DNA of 59,526 nt. Source: Actinomycetota bacterium (lineage in GTDB: Bacteria; Actinomycetota; Acidimicrobiia; Spongiisociales; UBA5794). Shown here one piece after another: positions 48,291-57,935 of the stretch. The notes beneath the pieces are model-generated. The model was not told where the DNA came from, ran no database searches, and worked only from the letters and a program-made list of their open reading frames with translations. Made by a program: the position numbers and the translations under genes. Location: contig JBDLHX010000002.1 in assembly GCA_039715165.1 (NCBI GenBank), forward strand, positions 1 to 59,526. The letters are read 5' to 3'. Numbering within the stretch: the stretch's first letter is position 1; each line of letters begins with the position of its first letter.

Positions 48291-49574
48291 ATGTCGACCG
48301 ACCAAACGAGCAGCAGAGCGTTTCTGACATCGGTCGTTCGCGCGTTCATCATCGGCACCCTCTCCGGGCTGTTCTCCGTGGCGTTTCTCTGGGCCGAGCA
48401 CGCGCTGACCGGACTCGTCTGGGGACACGACATCCCGCTCGACGTCTTCGGAGGCGGGTGGAAGGCCGCCGCCGTACCGGTCGTCGCGGGCCTGATCGTT
48501 GGTGTCCTCTACCTTGCTTTCCGCCTTCCGACCCGGCTGCCCGGCTTCATCGACGAGATCGAAGAGGGACGGGTCGAGCCGACGACGGCCCCAGGCGCCG
48601 TTGCGGTCGCGCTCGTCTCTCTCGTCGGCGGGGCCAGCCTCGGACCGGAGGCGCCGCTCGCCACCGGCACAGGGGCCGCCGCGACCTGGTGGGCTGAGCG
48701 GCGCGGCGGCAGCACAGCAGCCGTTCGCGCCCACAATGAGGCAGCTATTTCGGGCGTCTTCGGCGGCCTGCTGTCCTCGCCTCTCGTCGGCGGTCTGCTC
48801 ACGGTCGAACTCGAACACCACCAGACCCGTAGCTACACGCTCAACTCGATCGTGCCGGCGATCGTTGCCGGTGTCGCCGGGTTCCTCGTTGTGAACCCCG
48901 TTCTCGGCGAGCCGTTCCTCGGCCGCTACGTCTTCGACTCGTTCGAGATGGAGTCCTGGTTCTTCGCTGCGGCTCTGGGCATTGGGGTCGTCGGCGCCGC
49001 ACTCGCCATCGGCATCGGGCTCATCGCCCGGCTCGTTCGAGGGATCTTCGCCCCACTCGATAAGTGGCCGATCGTTCGCGGTCTCGTCGGAGGGCTGGTC
49101 ATCGGCGCCGTCGGGTACGCCTTGCCGCTCAGCATGTTCTCCGGTGTCGACCAACTCGAGGCTGCGTTCAAGAACGCGGCGGCGATCGGCGGAGCAGTCC
49201 TGATCGTCACCGCCGTGGCGAAGATGGTCACCCTGGCCGTGAGCCTGAGCGCCGGTTTCTACGGTGGCCCCTTCTTCCCCACGTTCTTCATCGGGGGGAC
49301 CGTCGGGACGGCGGCCCACCTCCTCTTCCCCGAGTTCCCCCTCGCTCTCGCCGTCGGCGGTTTCATGGGAGCGACGGCCGGCGCTGTGGCCAGCATCCCG
49401 CTGAGCATCATCATCTTCGCGATCTACGTCGTTGGCTTGGGCCCGCCGGCCGCCGGTGTCGTCGGCCTCGCCACGGTCACGGGGTTCGCGATCATCCAGA
49501 GCGCCGGATTCGCCGGCGGCGCAGGCGACGCGGAGCCCCACGAAGCGCACGAAGCGCCGGCTCGCAGCGAATAG
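48291..49574 (+). CDS. ClC-family voltage-gated chloride channel/antiporter
   Basis: ATG at 48291. GASLGPEAP and [12 protein letters not shown] selectivity-filter-like motifs. About 10-12 TM segments. Confidence 0.85.
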   Translation: MSTDQTSSRAFLTSVVRAFIIGTLSGLFSVAFLWAEHALTGLVWGHDIPLDVFGGGWKAAAVPVVAGLIVGVLYLAFRLPTRLPGFIDEIEEGRVEPTTAPGAVAVALVSLVGGASLGPEAPLATGTGAAATWWAERRGGSTAAVRAHNEAAISGVFGGLLSSPLVGGLLTVELEHHQTRSYTLNSIVPAIVAGVAGFLVVNPVLGEPFLGRYVFDSFEMESWFFAAALGIGVVGAALAIGIGLIARLVRGIFAPLDKWPIVRGLVGGLVIGAVGYALPLSMFSGVDQLEAAFKNAAAIGGAVLIVTAVAKMVTLAVSLSAGFYGGPFFPTFFIGGTVGTAAHLLFPEFPLALAVGGFMGATAGAVASIPLSIIIFAIYVVGLGPPAAGVVGLATVTGFAIIQSAGFAGGAGDAEPHEAHEAPARSE

Positions 49575-49596
49575 CCCGCGAGTACGCTCTCGCGCG

Positions 49597-50256
49597 ATGC
49601 GCATCGTCGTCGCCGACTGCACGGTCAACTACACGGGCCGACTCTCCGCCCACCTTCCGCGCGCGACGCGGCTGATCATCATCAAGGCGGATGGGTCCCT
49701 GCTCGTCCACGCCGAGGCCGGCGCATACAAGCCGCTCAACTGGATGAATGCCCCGAACCACCTCGTCGAGGAGGACGGCCGCTGGTACGTCACAAACGGG
49801 AAGGGCGAGGAGCTGACGATCGACATCCATGAGATCCACCTAGACACCGACGTTTCGCTCGGCGAAGACCCCGGGCTCCAGAAGGACGGCGTGGAGCTCG
49901 AGCTGCAGCGGCTGCTCTCCGAGCAGCCGGAGACGATCGAAGAGGGACTCACCGTGATTCGTCGTGAGTACCCCACGCCGATCGGTCCGGTCGATCTCCT
50001 ATGTAGAGATGCCGATGGCACAACGGTGGCGGTAGAGGTGAAGCGTCGGGGGGAGATCGACGGCGTGGAACAACTCACTCGCTACCTCGAGTTCCTCAAC
50101 CGTGACGAACGGCTCGCCCCGGTGCGTGGTCTCTTCGTGGCTCAGGTCGTCAAGCCCCAGGCTCGGACGCTCGCAACCGACAGGGGAATCGGCTGGGCCG
50201 AGGTGGACTACGAGATGCTCCGGGGGGCCGACTCGGACATCCTGCGCCTCTTCTAG
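49597..50256 (+). CDS. nucS: endonuclease NucS (EndoMS)
   Basis: [12 protein letters not shown]...GPVDLLCRD...[22 protein letters not shown], and a C-terminal ...LRLF beta-clamp-type motif. Confidence 0.93.
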   Translation: MRIVVADCTVNYTGRLSAHLPRATRLIIIKADGSLLVHAEAGAYKPLNWMNAPNHLVEEDGRWYVTNGKGEELTIDIHEIHLDTDVSLGEDPGLQKDGVELELQRLLSEQPETIEEGLTVIRREYPTPIGPVDLLCRDADGTTVAVEVKRRGEIDGVEQLTRYLEFLNRDERLAPVRGLFVAQVVKPQARTLATDRGIGWAEVDYEMLRGADSDILRLF

Positions 50257-50272
50257 GGGGCAGATCCTCGGC

Positions 50273-51202
50273 TCAGAGCAGCGATCTCAGGTCGTAAAGG
50301 GCGCTGGGATGACGGAGCTTGCCGAGGGCCCGATTCTCGATCTGCCGAACCCGTTCCCGCGTTATGCCGAGTTCGAAACCAACGTCTGAGAGCGTCCGCG
50401 GCGGGTTCCCGCCGATCCCATACCGCAGCGTCAGCACGCGGCACTCCCTCTCGTCCAGGATCCCGAGCGCCTTTGAGACCTCTTCGCATCGTGCCACTTC
50501 AGCGACGACGGTGAATGGGTCGGGTGTGCTGTCGTCTTCGACGAAATCTCCGAGTTGGGCGTCGCCCTCTTCGCCGACCGGCCGGTCGAGCGACACGGTG
50601 TCGCCGGGGGTTGCCCTCGCGAACTCGACACGTTCTTCGTCGAGACCGCTCATGTCGGCGATCTCCGCGACCGTGGGCGTTCTGCGGAACTGTTCCTGCA
50701 GCGTCAGTTCGGTCTCCTGGACGGTTCGCACGACGTCGACCATGTGAACCGGGAGCCGGATGGTGCGCCCCTGGTTGCCGAGGCCGCGTGTGATCGACTG
50801 TCGAATCCACCACGTTGCGTAGGTGGAGAACTTGAAGCCCTTTCGCCAGTCGAACTTCTCGACGGCGCGGATGAGCCCGAGGTTCCCCTCTTGGATGAGG
50901 TCGAGGAGATCGAGTCCGCGGCCCGTGTAGCGCTTCGCTATCGAGACGACGAGCCGGAGATTCGACCGAATGAAGATGTCCTTCGCTTCGTCGGCCGCAC
51001 CGATCGTCCGGTAGAGCGCCGCACGATCGGCGGCATCGATGGGCTCACCCGACTCGAGATGCTGCTGTGCTCTCTTACCGGCTTCCATCGCGCGCGCGAG
51101 TCGAACCTCGTCCTCTGCCTCGAGCAGGCCGTGGTCCGAAACTTGCCCGAGATACCGCCCGACAGCGTCGGCTGCGGCTGCCTCCCGTCCACGCTCCGCC
51201 AT
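50273..51202 (-). CDS. sigma-70 family RNA polymerase sigma factor (group 2, primary-like)
   Basis: Region 2 [39 protein letters not shown], region 3, and region 4 LTLRYG...[10 protein letters not shown]. Confidence 0.92.
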   Translation of the reverse strand: MAERGREAAAADAVGRYLGQVSDHGLLEAEDEVRLARAMEAGKRAQQHLESGEPIDAADRAALYRTIGAADEAKDIFIRSNLRLVVSIAKRYTGRGLDLLDLIQEGNLGLIRAVEKFDWRKGFKFSTYATWWIRQSITRGLGNQGRTIRLPVHMVDVVRTVQETELTLQEQFRRTPTVAEIADMSGLDEERVEFARATPGDTVSLDRPVGEEGDAQLGDFVEDDSTPDPFTVVAEVARCEEVSKALGILDERECRVLTLRYGIGGNPPRTLSDVGFELGITRERVRQIENRALGKLRHPSALYDLRSLL

Positions 51203-51259
51203 AGGCTCCTCCTCCCCCTTGCCCTGGAGAGCTACTCGAAGTTATCACGCGTGCGCGCC

Positions 51260-51275
51260 ATGATCAATGGATCAT
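51260..51275. promoter_or_regulatory. inverted repeat ATGATC-AATG-GATCAT in the divergent sigma/hydrolase promoter region
   Basis: Read directly. It sits in the locally most AT-rich stretch of the 92-bp divergent intergenic region. Confidence 0.35.
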
Positions 51276-51294
51276 TACGCTTTCTTTTTCGCCT

Positions 51295-52806
51295 ATGACA
51301 AAGGTTCAACGAGCGCGCATTTGTGCAGCTGTGGCAACACTCGCAGCTGTCGCGGCAGCCGGCTGCACGAGCCCGGCTCCGCTCGACGCGTCCGCGCTCC
51401 GGCCGCCCGAGGTTGGGCCGCCAATGATCGAGGTCGTCGTTCTCGCCGGTGATGATCTGAGCGCGCTCGAGGCAGAGATCAGCGTTGCCGGATCGGTGAT
51501 GACTGAGACCGATGAGGGAGATCCGGCCTTCGTCTGGCCGGGTCGAGAGACGGCCGTCGAGGTGTCATCGCCGGGTTTCGAGTCTGTCTCGACGGTTCTC
51601 GAATCTCCGCCCCGAGACGAGCGCGTGGAGTTCCGGCTCGAGCCGGTGGTGCTCTCCGGTCGGGTCACCACCCACCGGGGAGTCGCACTGCCCGGGGTCG
51701 AGATCGCGCTCGGAGGCGGCTCCGACATCACCAACGACGATGGGCGCTTTGAGATCGTTCGAGCCGTCCCGGGCGAGCTCGCTCTCTCCCGGCCCGCCTG
51801 GCAAGAAATGCAGGTGGAGTGGCTGGGAGAGTCGAGCGCTATCGACTTGTCGATGGAGCCGATCATCGTGCACGGAGTGCGCGTCGGCGGCTTGGCTGCC
51901 GGTGAAGCGGAGCGCTGGGACCGTCTCCTCACGATGGCCGACGACACGGGCATCAATGCCTTCGTCGTGGACATCAAGGACGAGTACGGCACGGTCTTTC
52001 ACGACACAGATGTGATCGCCGCCCACGAGTCGTCGGCGGTCACGGTCGCGTACGACATGGTGGAGGTCGTGAGCGACATGGACGATCACGGCATCTACAA
52101 GATCGCCCGGGTCGTCGCTTTCCAAGATTCGCCCATGGCGTTACTCCAATCGGACCACGCCGTCCTCGAGGAAGGAACCGGCGACCTCTGGCGCACGCGC
52201 AACGGCGACGCTTGGTTGGATCCGACCGATCCGGTCTCGTTCGAGTATCCGATCGCTCTCGGTGAAGAGGCCTGCAAGGCGGGATTCGATGAAGTCCAAT
52301 TCGACTTCGCGTCGTTCCCGTTCGGTGGGGACGTCTCGACGGCGGTCTTCGACGGGGACTACACCGAGGAGGTTCGCGTCGGATCGATCCAAGCATTCCT
52401 GAAGCGGGCGCAATCGGTGCTGAGCCGCCACGGCTGCGCCGTAGGGGCGAATGTGCTCGGCATCACGCTCGAATCCGGCTCCGACGAGGGCGTCGGTCAA
52501 CGCCCGAATCTCATGTCGAGAACGATCGACGTGCTCAGCCCGATGCTCTACTCCACGAACTACGGAGCTGGTTGGAAGGGGTACGAGGATCCGAACGCCA
52601 GTGCCGTCGAGATCGTCGAGAGTGCGCTCGTCACCGGTACATCCCGGCTCGAAGGGTTCGCCTACTACCGCCCATGGATCCAGACATGGACGATCGCGCC
52701 TTCGGCGGTGCGGGAGATCCAGGATCGCGTCGACGTGCGGGCAAACGGCTGGCTCCTCTGGTCGAATCGCGCGGCGTACCCACCGGATCTGCTGCCGCCG
52801 GGATGA
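51295..52806 (+). CDS. lipoprotein with putative glycoside-hydrolase-like (DUF4015-type) TIM-barrel domain
   Basis: Lipobox AAVAAAGC and an N-terminal beta-sandwich-like region. GINAFVVDIKDEYG...AFQD...EVQFDF pattern. Confidence 0.65.
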   Translation: MTKVQRARICAAVATLAAVAAAGCTSPAPLDASALRPPEVGPPMIEVVVLAGDDLSALEAEISVAGSVMTETDEGDPAFVWPGRETAVEVSSPGFESVSTVLESPPRDERVEFRLEPVVLSGRVTTHRGVALPGVEIALGGGSDITNDDGRFEIVRAVPGELALSRPAWQEMQVEWLGESSAIDLSMEPIIVHGVRVGGLAAGEAERWDRLLTMADDTGINAFVVDIKDEYGTVFHDTDVIAAHESSAVTVAYDMVEVVSDMDDHGIYKIARVVAFQDSPMALLQSDHAVLEEGTGDLWRTRNGDAWLDPTDPVSFEYPIALGEEACKAGFDEVQFDFASFPFGGDVSTAVFDGDYTEEVRVGSIQAFLKRAQSVLSRHGCAVGANVLGITLESGSDEGVGQRPNLMSRTIDVLSPMLYSTNYGAGWKGYEDPNASAVEIVESALVTGTSRLEGFAYYRPWIQTWTIAPSAVREIQDRVDVRANGWLLWSNRAAYPPDLLPPG

Positions 52807-53495
52807 GCACGATCGACGAACTCGCCGCATTGACCGCCGAGATCGTCGAATGCCGCAAGTGTCCAAGACTCGTCGCCTGGCGTGAGGTCGTGGCCGACGA
52901 GAAGAGAGCCGCGTTCGCTGACGAGGAGTACTGGGGGCGGCCCGTCCCAGGCTTCGGCGATCCAGAAGCAACCGTCGCCATCATCGGTCTCGCCCCGGCG
53001 GCCCACGGTGCGAATCGCACCGGACGAATGTTCACCGGCGACCGGAGCGGGGATTGGCTCTACCGCGCGATGTGGCGGGCGGGCTTCGCGAGCAAAGCAG
53101 AGTCCCGGCATCGAGACGACGGGCTCACGTTGAGCGGTGCCTGGGTGACTGCGCCCGTGCGCTGCGCACCACCGCAGAATCGGCCGTCCGTCGAGGAGCG
53201 GGACGCATGCAGTGGATGGTTCGATCGGGAGATCGATCTCCTCGATCCGAACGTCTTCGTAGCGCTCGGTGACTACGCCTACCGCGCGATCTGGCGTTAT
53301 CTCGCAGTACGCGAACTGGAGCTTCCGAAACCCAGGCCGAAGTTCGCCCACGGGCTCGAGGTGTCGCTCCGAGGGGGCCCGACGATTCTGGCGAGCTTCC
53401 ACCCGAGTCAGCAGAACACGTTCACAGGTCGGCTCACCGAGGCGATGCTCGACGACGTGTTCGGTCGAGCGAGGGAGCTGGTCCCTACAGGATGA
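52803..53495 (+). CDS. uracil-DNA glycosylase, family 5 (UdgB-like, Fe-S type)
   Basis: The ATG overlaps the upstream stop. Cys ligand region ECRKCPRL. GLAPAAHGANRTGRMFTGD motif. HPSQQN near the C-terminus. Confidence 0.85.
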   Translation: MSTIDELAALTAEIVECRKCPRLVAWREVVADEKRAAFADEEYWGRPVPGFGDPEATVAIIGLAPAAHGANRTGRMFTGDRSGDWLYRAMWRAGFASKAESRHRDDGLTLSGAWVTAPVRCAPPQNRPSVEERDACSGWFDREIDLLDPNVFVALGDYAYRAIWRYLAVRELELPKPRPKFAHGLEVSLRGGPTILASFHPSQQNTFTGRLTEAMLDDVFGRARELVPTG

Positions 53496-54093
53496 TCCGC
53501 TGCTTCTCGCAGGTGTTGAGGCGATGCTCCCAGGCAACCGCGAGGTAGGGGTACGAGTTGACGGCCTTGTTGTCGTAGCGGAGTTCGAAGTGCGTGTGTG
53601 AGACGGTCCGCTCAGCGTTGCCGGAGTCTCCGACGAAGCCGATGACGTCGCCGGCGTGTACGAAATCGCCTTCCGCGAGGTCCTCGACGTAGGCGGTCTC
53701 GGGGCCACCGTCACCGTCGTCCGTGCCCTGCGTGTCGTTGTCGAGGTGCATGTAGACGCTCGACCAGCCGTCGGCGTGACGGATCTTGATGGCATAGCCG
53801 GAGAGGCGACTGTGGCTCATCCGCTCGACGATGCCGTCTTCGACGGCGACGATCCAGGTGCCCTTCGGGCTCAGGATGTCGGTTCCCTTGTGGCGGCGGC
53901 CTCCGGACCGGGGAGCACCAAAGGTGTCCGAGAAGTGGACGAGGGAGGACTGGTGGGGGAAGGCCTTCATGATGAAGTCGTCCGCTTCCTGAGGCTCTGC
54001 CGCCGACGCTGAGGGGGCGGCCAGGGTGATCTGTGCTGTGACGATGGCGATCGCGATGAGCGCGAGCGCGAAGCGTCGGATTGACGTGGTCAT
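53485..54093 (-). CDS. secreted M23-family metallopeptidase
   Basis: Signal peptide ending ASA-AE. HKGTDI (HxxxD) and SHTHFE (HxH) zinc motifs. Confidence 0.88.
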   Translation of the reverse strand: MTTSIRRFALALIAIAIVTAQITLAAPSASAAEPQEADDFIMKAFPHQSSLVHFSDTFGAPRSGGRRHKGTDILSPKGTWIVAVEDGIVERMSHSRLSGYAIKIRHADGWSSVYMHLDNDTQGTDDGDGGPETAYVEDLAEGDFVHAGDVIGFVGDSGNAERTVSHTHFELRYDNKAVNSYPYLAVAWEHRLNTCEKQRIIL

Positions 54094-54293
54094 GGGGGTC
54101 TGCTCCTTGTGGCCGACACTCGCAGGGTGTGTCCCGGGGTCGGCTTCTCTGGTAGCTCGAGCACTGAACCGTAGGTGTGAATCGCAGATAGCGACCCTCT
54201 TCTTCGTGCCGGGTCATGGAGGCGACAATCCGAAAATGACCCCCTTCGTAGGAGGCAGCGCGCCGGTAATCTCGATCGGGCTTCCAAGCAGAG

Positions 54294-55586
54294 GTGAAAC
54301 CCTTGTCCCACTTCGACAAAGCTGTGTCCGCGGCGGCGGGAGAACACGATACGGACTGGCGTTCGGCCCTCCGTTCTGCGGGCTTCGAGGCCTTCTCAGC
54401 AGCAGGCATGCCCTCCGCAGCTGAGGAGATCTGGCGCTACGTCGACCTCGACTTCTCGTTCGACGACTACGGCCCAGCCTCTGGTCTGCCGTCCGGCCTC
54501 GGCGAGGACCCGCTCGTATCGGCGATCGAGTCGCCGATCGCTGTTCGCGTCGTGGATGGCGCCTACCGCGGCGAGGATTACGAAGACGCCGGCCTTGTTG
54601 TGGCCTCGCTCGCTCGCGCGACCCGGGACCGTTCCGAATCCGTCGAGGCGGTCCTCTCCCGGGTCGGAGGGACCGTGGATCAGGACATCTTCACCGCGGC
54701 CACAGCCGCCTTCGGGGGAGATGGCGTGTTCGTCCATGCCGGGAGAGGCGTGCCGGCTCTGCGGACTGTCGTGGTCGACCTCGAGGCTGTGGCTGAAGGT
54801 GCCGCCAGCTTCCCCGGAGTCGTTGTCGTCGCGGAGGAGCAGGCGGACGTCTCGATCATCGTGCACCTCCGATCGATGGCCGATGGGACGGCACTCGTCG
54901 TTCCCCAGTTCGCCGTGTCGGTCGGCGATGGTGCCAGGGTCTCAATGACCGTCGTCCAGGACTTTGGCTACAGCACCCGATCGATAGGGTCTCTCCGGGC
55001 TGAAGTGGGGGCGGATGCGACGTTCCGGGTCGGAGAGGTCGGCCTCGGTGCTCGGCTTGCCCGGCTCCACCTCGACGTCGGCCTCGAGGGCCGCGGGTCC
55101 TCAGCGAACGTCGTCGGCGCCTACTTCGGCGAGCAGGATCAGATCCTCGATTACCGCTACTTCATGCGCCACGTTGGGACGAACACCCGCTCGGACATGT
55201 TCCTCAAGGGTGCCGTGGAAGACGTCGCCCGTTCGGTGTTCACAGGGATGATTCGGATCGAGGAGACTGGGCAGAAGACCGAGGCGTACCAGACGAACCG
55301 CAACCTGATTCTCTCCGAAGGTGCGTCTGCCCAGTCCGTTCCGAACCTCGAGATCCTTGCGAACGATGTGCAGTGTGGACACGGGTCGACGGTCGGGCCG
55401 CTCGACGCCGAGCAGCGGTACTACCTCATGAGTCGCGGGCTCGAACCAGCACGCGCGGATCGGCTCCAAGTGCGTGGCTTCTTCGAGGAGGCCCTGGCGA
55501 AGCTGCCGCACCCAGCGCTGGCCGGGGAGATCCGGACCCGCATCAATCGCAAGTACGAGACAGCTCAAGCCGAGGGGAGGGTGTGA
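54294..55586 (+). CDS. sufD: Fe-S cluster assembly protein SufD
   Basis: 430 aa. C-terminal SufBD region ...QCGHGSTVGPLDAEQRYYLMSRGLEPARA. GTG start at 54294; other starts are possible. Confidence 0.88.
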   Translation: MKPLSHFDKAVSAAAGEHDTDWRSALRSAGFEAFSAAGMPSAAEEIWRYVDLDFSFDDYGPASGLPSGLGEDPLVSAIESPIAVRVVDGAYRGEDYEDAGLVVASLARATRDRSESVEAVLSRVGGTVDQDIFTAATAAFGGDGVFVHAGRGVPALRTVVVDLEAVAEGAASFPGVVVVAEEQADVSIIVHLRSMADGTALVVPQFAVSVGDGARVSMTVVQDFGYSTRSIGSLRAEVGADATFRVGEVGLGARLARLHLDVGLEGRGSSANVVGAYFGEQDQILDYRYFMRHVGTNTRSDMFLKGAVEDVARSVFTGMIRIEETGQKTEAYQTNRNLILSEGASAQSVPNLEILANDVQCGHGSTVGPLDAEQRYYLMSRGLEPARADRLQVRGFFEEALAKLPHPALAGEIRTRINRKYETAQAEGRV

Positions 55587-55900
55587 TGCAGGTCGAGATT
55601 TCCCCACTTGCCGACCTCCCGGACGGCCGCGGCGTTCGCTTCGAGGTCGGTGACGATCGGATCGCGGTGTTCCGGATCGGTGACGCCGTCCATGCCATTG
55701 GAGATCGGTGCAGCCACGCTGAAGCGTCGCTGGCAGAGGGCGACGTCTTCGACGGCGAGGTCGAATGCCCGCGCCACGGCTCTCCATTCGACCTGACAAG
55801 CGGTGAGCCGGGCGCCTTGCCCGCCACCACGCCGGTGCCCGTGTATCCGGCTGCAATTCGAGACGGTGTCGTCTACCTGACGGTGGGAGGGGAGTCCTGA
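55586..55900 (+). CDS. Rieske [2Fe-2S] ferredoxin-like protein
   Basis: CSH...CPRHG Rieske ligands (DRCSHAEASL and ECPRHGSPF). Start and stop overlap sufD and sufC. Confidence 0.88.
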   Translation: MQVEISPLADLPDGRGVRFEVGDDRIAVFRIGDAVHAIGDRCSHAEASLAEGDVFDGEVECPRHGSPFDLTSGEPGALPATTPVPVYPAAIRDGVVYLTVGGES

Positions 55901-56613
55901 TGGCGAATGCATTGGAGATCCAAGGCCTGACGGCCCGGCTCGGCGATCTCGAGATCCTCAAGGGAATCGACCTCGTCGTGCCGTTCGGCGAGGTGCATGC
56001 CCTCATGGGGCCGAACGGCTCCGGCAAGTCGACGCTCACGCACGTGCTCATGGGGAGCGACGACTACGAAGCATCGGGCTCCGCTCTCATCGGTGGGGCC
56101 GAGTTGATGGGGCTGCCTGTCCACGAACGCGCCCGGCTCGGCCTCTTCGCGGCGTTCCAATACCCGACTGAGGTGCCCGGGGTCTCGCTCGACGACCTCA
56201 TCGCAGAGATGGTCGACGCGGCGGTTGACGACGGCGCACAAGGCCGGGTCGCTACAGCGTCGGACCGTCTTGGAATGGAGCGGTTCATGGGACGCGCCGT
56301 GAACGCCGGTCTCTCCGGTGGCGAGAAGAAACGATCCGAGATGTTCCAGCTCGCCGTCGCCAACCCGAAGGTCGCGATCCTCGACGAGATCGACTCGGGC
56401 CTCGACATCGACGCCGTCCGTGAAGTCGCCAAATTGGTGGAGGCGTTGCGTTCCCCGACGCTCGGTGTGCTCGTCATCACCCACTACAGCCGGATTCTGC
56501 GGTACATGAACCCGGATCGAGTGCATGTGATGGTCAACGGTCGCGTGGTCGAATCCGGCGGTCCGGAGGTGGCGGAGCGCCTCGAGTCCGACGGCTACAC
56601 CGCCATCCGCTAA
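55900..56613 (+). CDS. sufC: Fe-S cluster assembly ATPase SufC
   Basis: Walker A GPNGSGKST, signature LSGGEKKR, Walker B AILDEIDSGLD, and the H-loop region ITHY. Confidence 0.95.
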   Translation: MANALEIQGLTARLGDLEILKGIDLVVPFGEVHALMGPNGSGKSTLTHVLMGSDDYEASGSALIGGAELMGLPVHERARLGLFAAFQYPTEVPGVSLDDLIAEMVDAAVDDGAQGRVATASDRLGMERFMGRAVNAGLSGGEKKRSEMFQLAVANPKVAILDEIDSGLDIDAVREVAKLVEALRSPTLGVLVITHYSRILRYMNPDRVHVMVNGRVVESGGPEVAERLESDGYTAIR

Positions 56614-56659
56614 CCCCATTCGCGAACCCTGGGTACGCGGTGCTCGTACACTCGCGGAT

Positions 56660-57082
56660 GTGAACTGGTTCTCAGATGCCGATGACGCTCGCCGCTACCT
56701 CTTCGAGATCGCGCGCCTCTGGGTCGTGTGGGTCGTAGGGCTCGTGCTGCTCTTCGCTGTGGATGGCTGGATGGTGCTCCTCGCGGGCATCGTTGTCATC
56801 GCCGTGCTCGTCTGGCTCGTCCAACCTATCCAGCGCCGCGCCGCCGACATCGATGATCCCGGCGAGTTCGTCGAAGGCTCGGGCGGGCGATTCGGTGGCA
56901 AGCGAACCCGCAAGGAGATGGCGATGCGCGTGCTGCTCTACGGCAAGGCCCCGCTCGTCGAGGCCATTGAGGAGTTCGATGCCTGGTTCGGATGGGTCTG
57001 GATCCGCCAGATCGTCATCGCGACCACTGCCGTTGTCTTCGCGATCGTGTTCCTCGACGTCTTCAGTGCTCCCCAGTCGTGA
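56660..57082 (+). CDS. hypothetical membrane protein (3 predicted TM helices)
   Basis: GTG start with hydrophobic segments. Its stop overlaps the Sir2 GTG start. No motif recognised. Confidence 0.5.
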   Translation: MNWFSDADDARRYLFEIARLWVVWVVGLVLLFAVDGWMVLLAGIVVIAVLVWLVQPIQRRAADIDDPGEFVEGSGGRFGGKRTRKEMAMRVLLYGKAPLVEAIEEFDAWFGWVWIRQIVIATTAVVFAIVFLDVFSAPQS

Positions 57083-57852
57083 GTGATTTCGAACACGCCG
57101 AGGGGATCGCCCGGCTTGCGTCGATGCTCCGGTCGGCGAACCGGCTCCTCATCTTCACTGGAGCGGGGATCTCAACGGCGAGCGGCATTCCGGACTACCG
57201 AGGCCCGCAGGGCGTGTGGAACACACGACGACCCGTCTACTACGACAAGTTCATGGAGCGGCACGACGCCAGGGTTGAGTACTGGCGACAGAAGGCCGAG
57301 GACCGTGAAGCGTTTGGATCAGCAGAACCGAACGAGGTTCACGAGTCCATCGTCGATCTCGAGCGTGCCGGCAAGGTCGGCCTGATCGTGACACAGAACG
57401 TCGACGGCCTCCACCGAGCGGCAGGTACCTCGGACAATCTCCTCGTAGAGATACACGGCACGAACGGCCTGATCGAATGCCAATCGTGCGGCGAGCGCTC
57501 CGATACTGACGCCCACTTCCGCTCGTTCGCCGAGACGGACGAGCCTCCGCTGTGCGAGTGCGGCGGGTACCTCAAGCCCGCAACCATCTCCTTCGGTCAG
57601 CAGCTGCGGGCGATCGACATCGCGAAGGCCTTCGACGCAGCGCGCCGCGCCGACGTCGTCGTCGCACTCGGTTCCACATTGTCGGTGACGCCGGCCGCCG
57701 ACATCCCCATTGAGGCGGCCAGGCACGGAGCAACGTATGCGATCGTGAACCGGGGCGCCACCGAGCACGACCGTTCGCCGCTCGTCGAACTCCGCATCGA
57801 AGGGGACGTCGCCGACGTGTTCCCGCCCGCCGTCGAGAGGGCACTGCGGTAG
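57079..57852 (+). CDS. Sir2-family NAD-dependent protein deacylase
   Basis: GAGISTASGIPDYRG, TQNVDGLH, IHG, and the Zn ribbon CQSCG...CECGG. Confidence 0.9.
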   Translation: MSDFEHAEGIARLASMLRSANRLLIFTGAGISTASGIPDYRGPQGVWNTRRPVYYDKFMERHDARVEYWRQKAEDREAFGSAEPNEVHESIVDLERAGKVGLIVTQNVDGLHRAAGTSDNLLVEIHGTNGLIECQSCGERSDTDAHFRSFAETDEPPLCECGGYLKPATISFGQQLRAIDIAKAFDAARRADVVVALGSTLSVTPAADIPIEAARHGATYAIVNRGATEHDRSPLVELRIEGDVADVFPPAVERALR

Positions 57853-57935
57853 CGGACTCCCACCGACCCTCCCCGTCCCGGGAGTCGCCTGAGCGTCGGT
57901 ATGTTGGAGAGGCACTTCCCGACGAAGGAGCGCGC

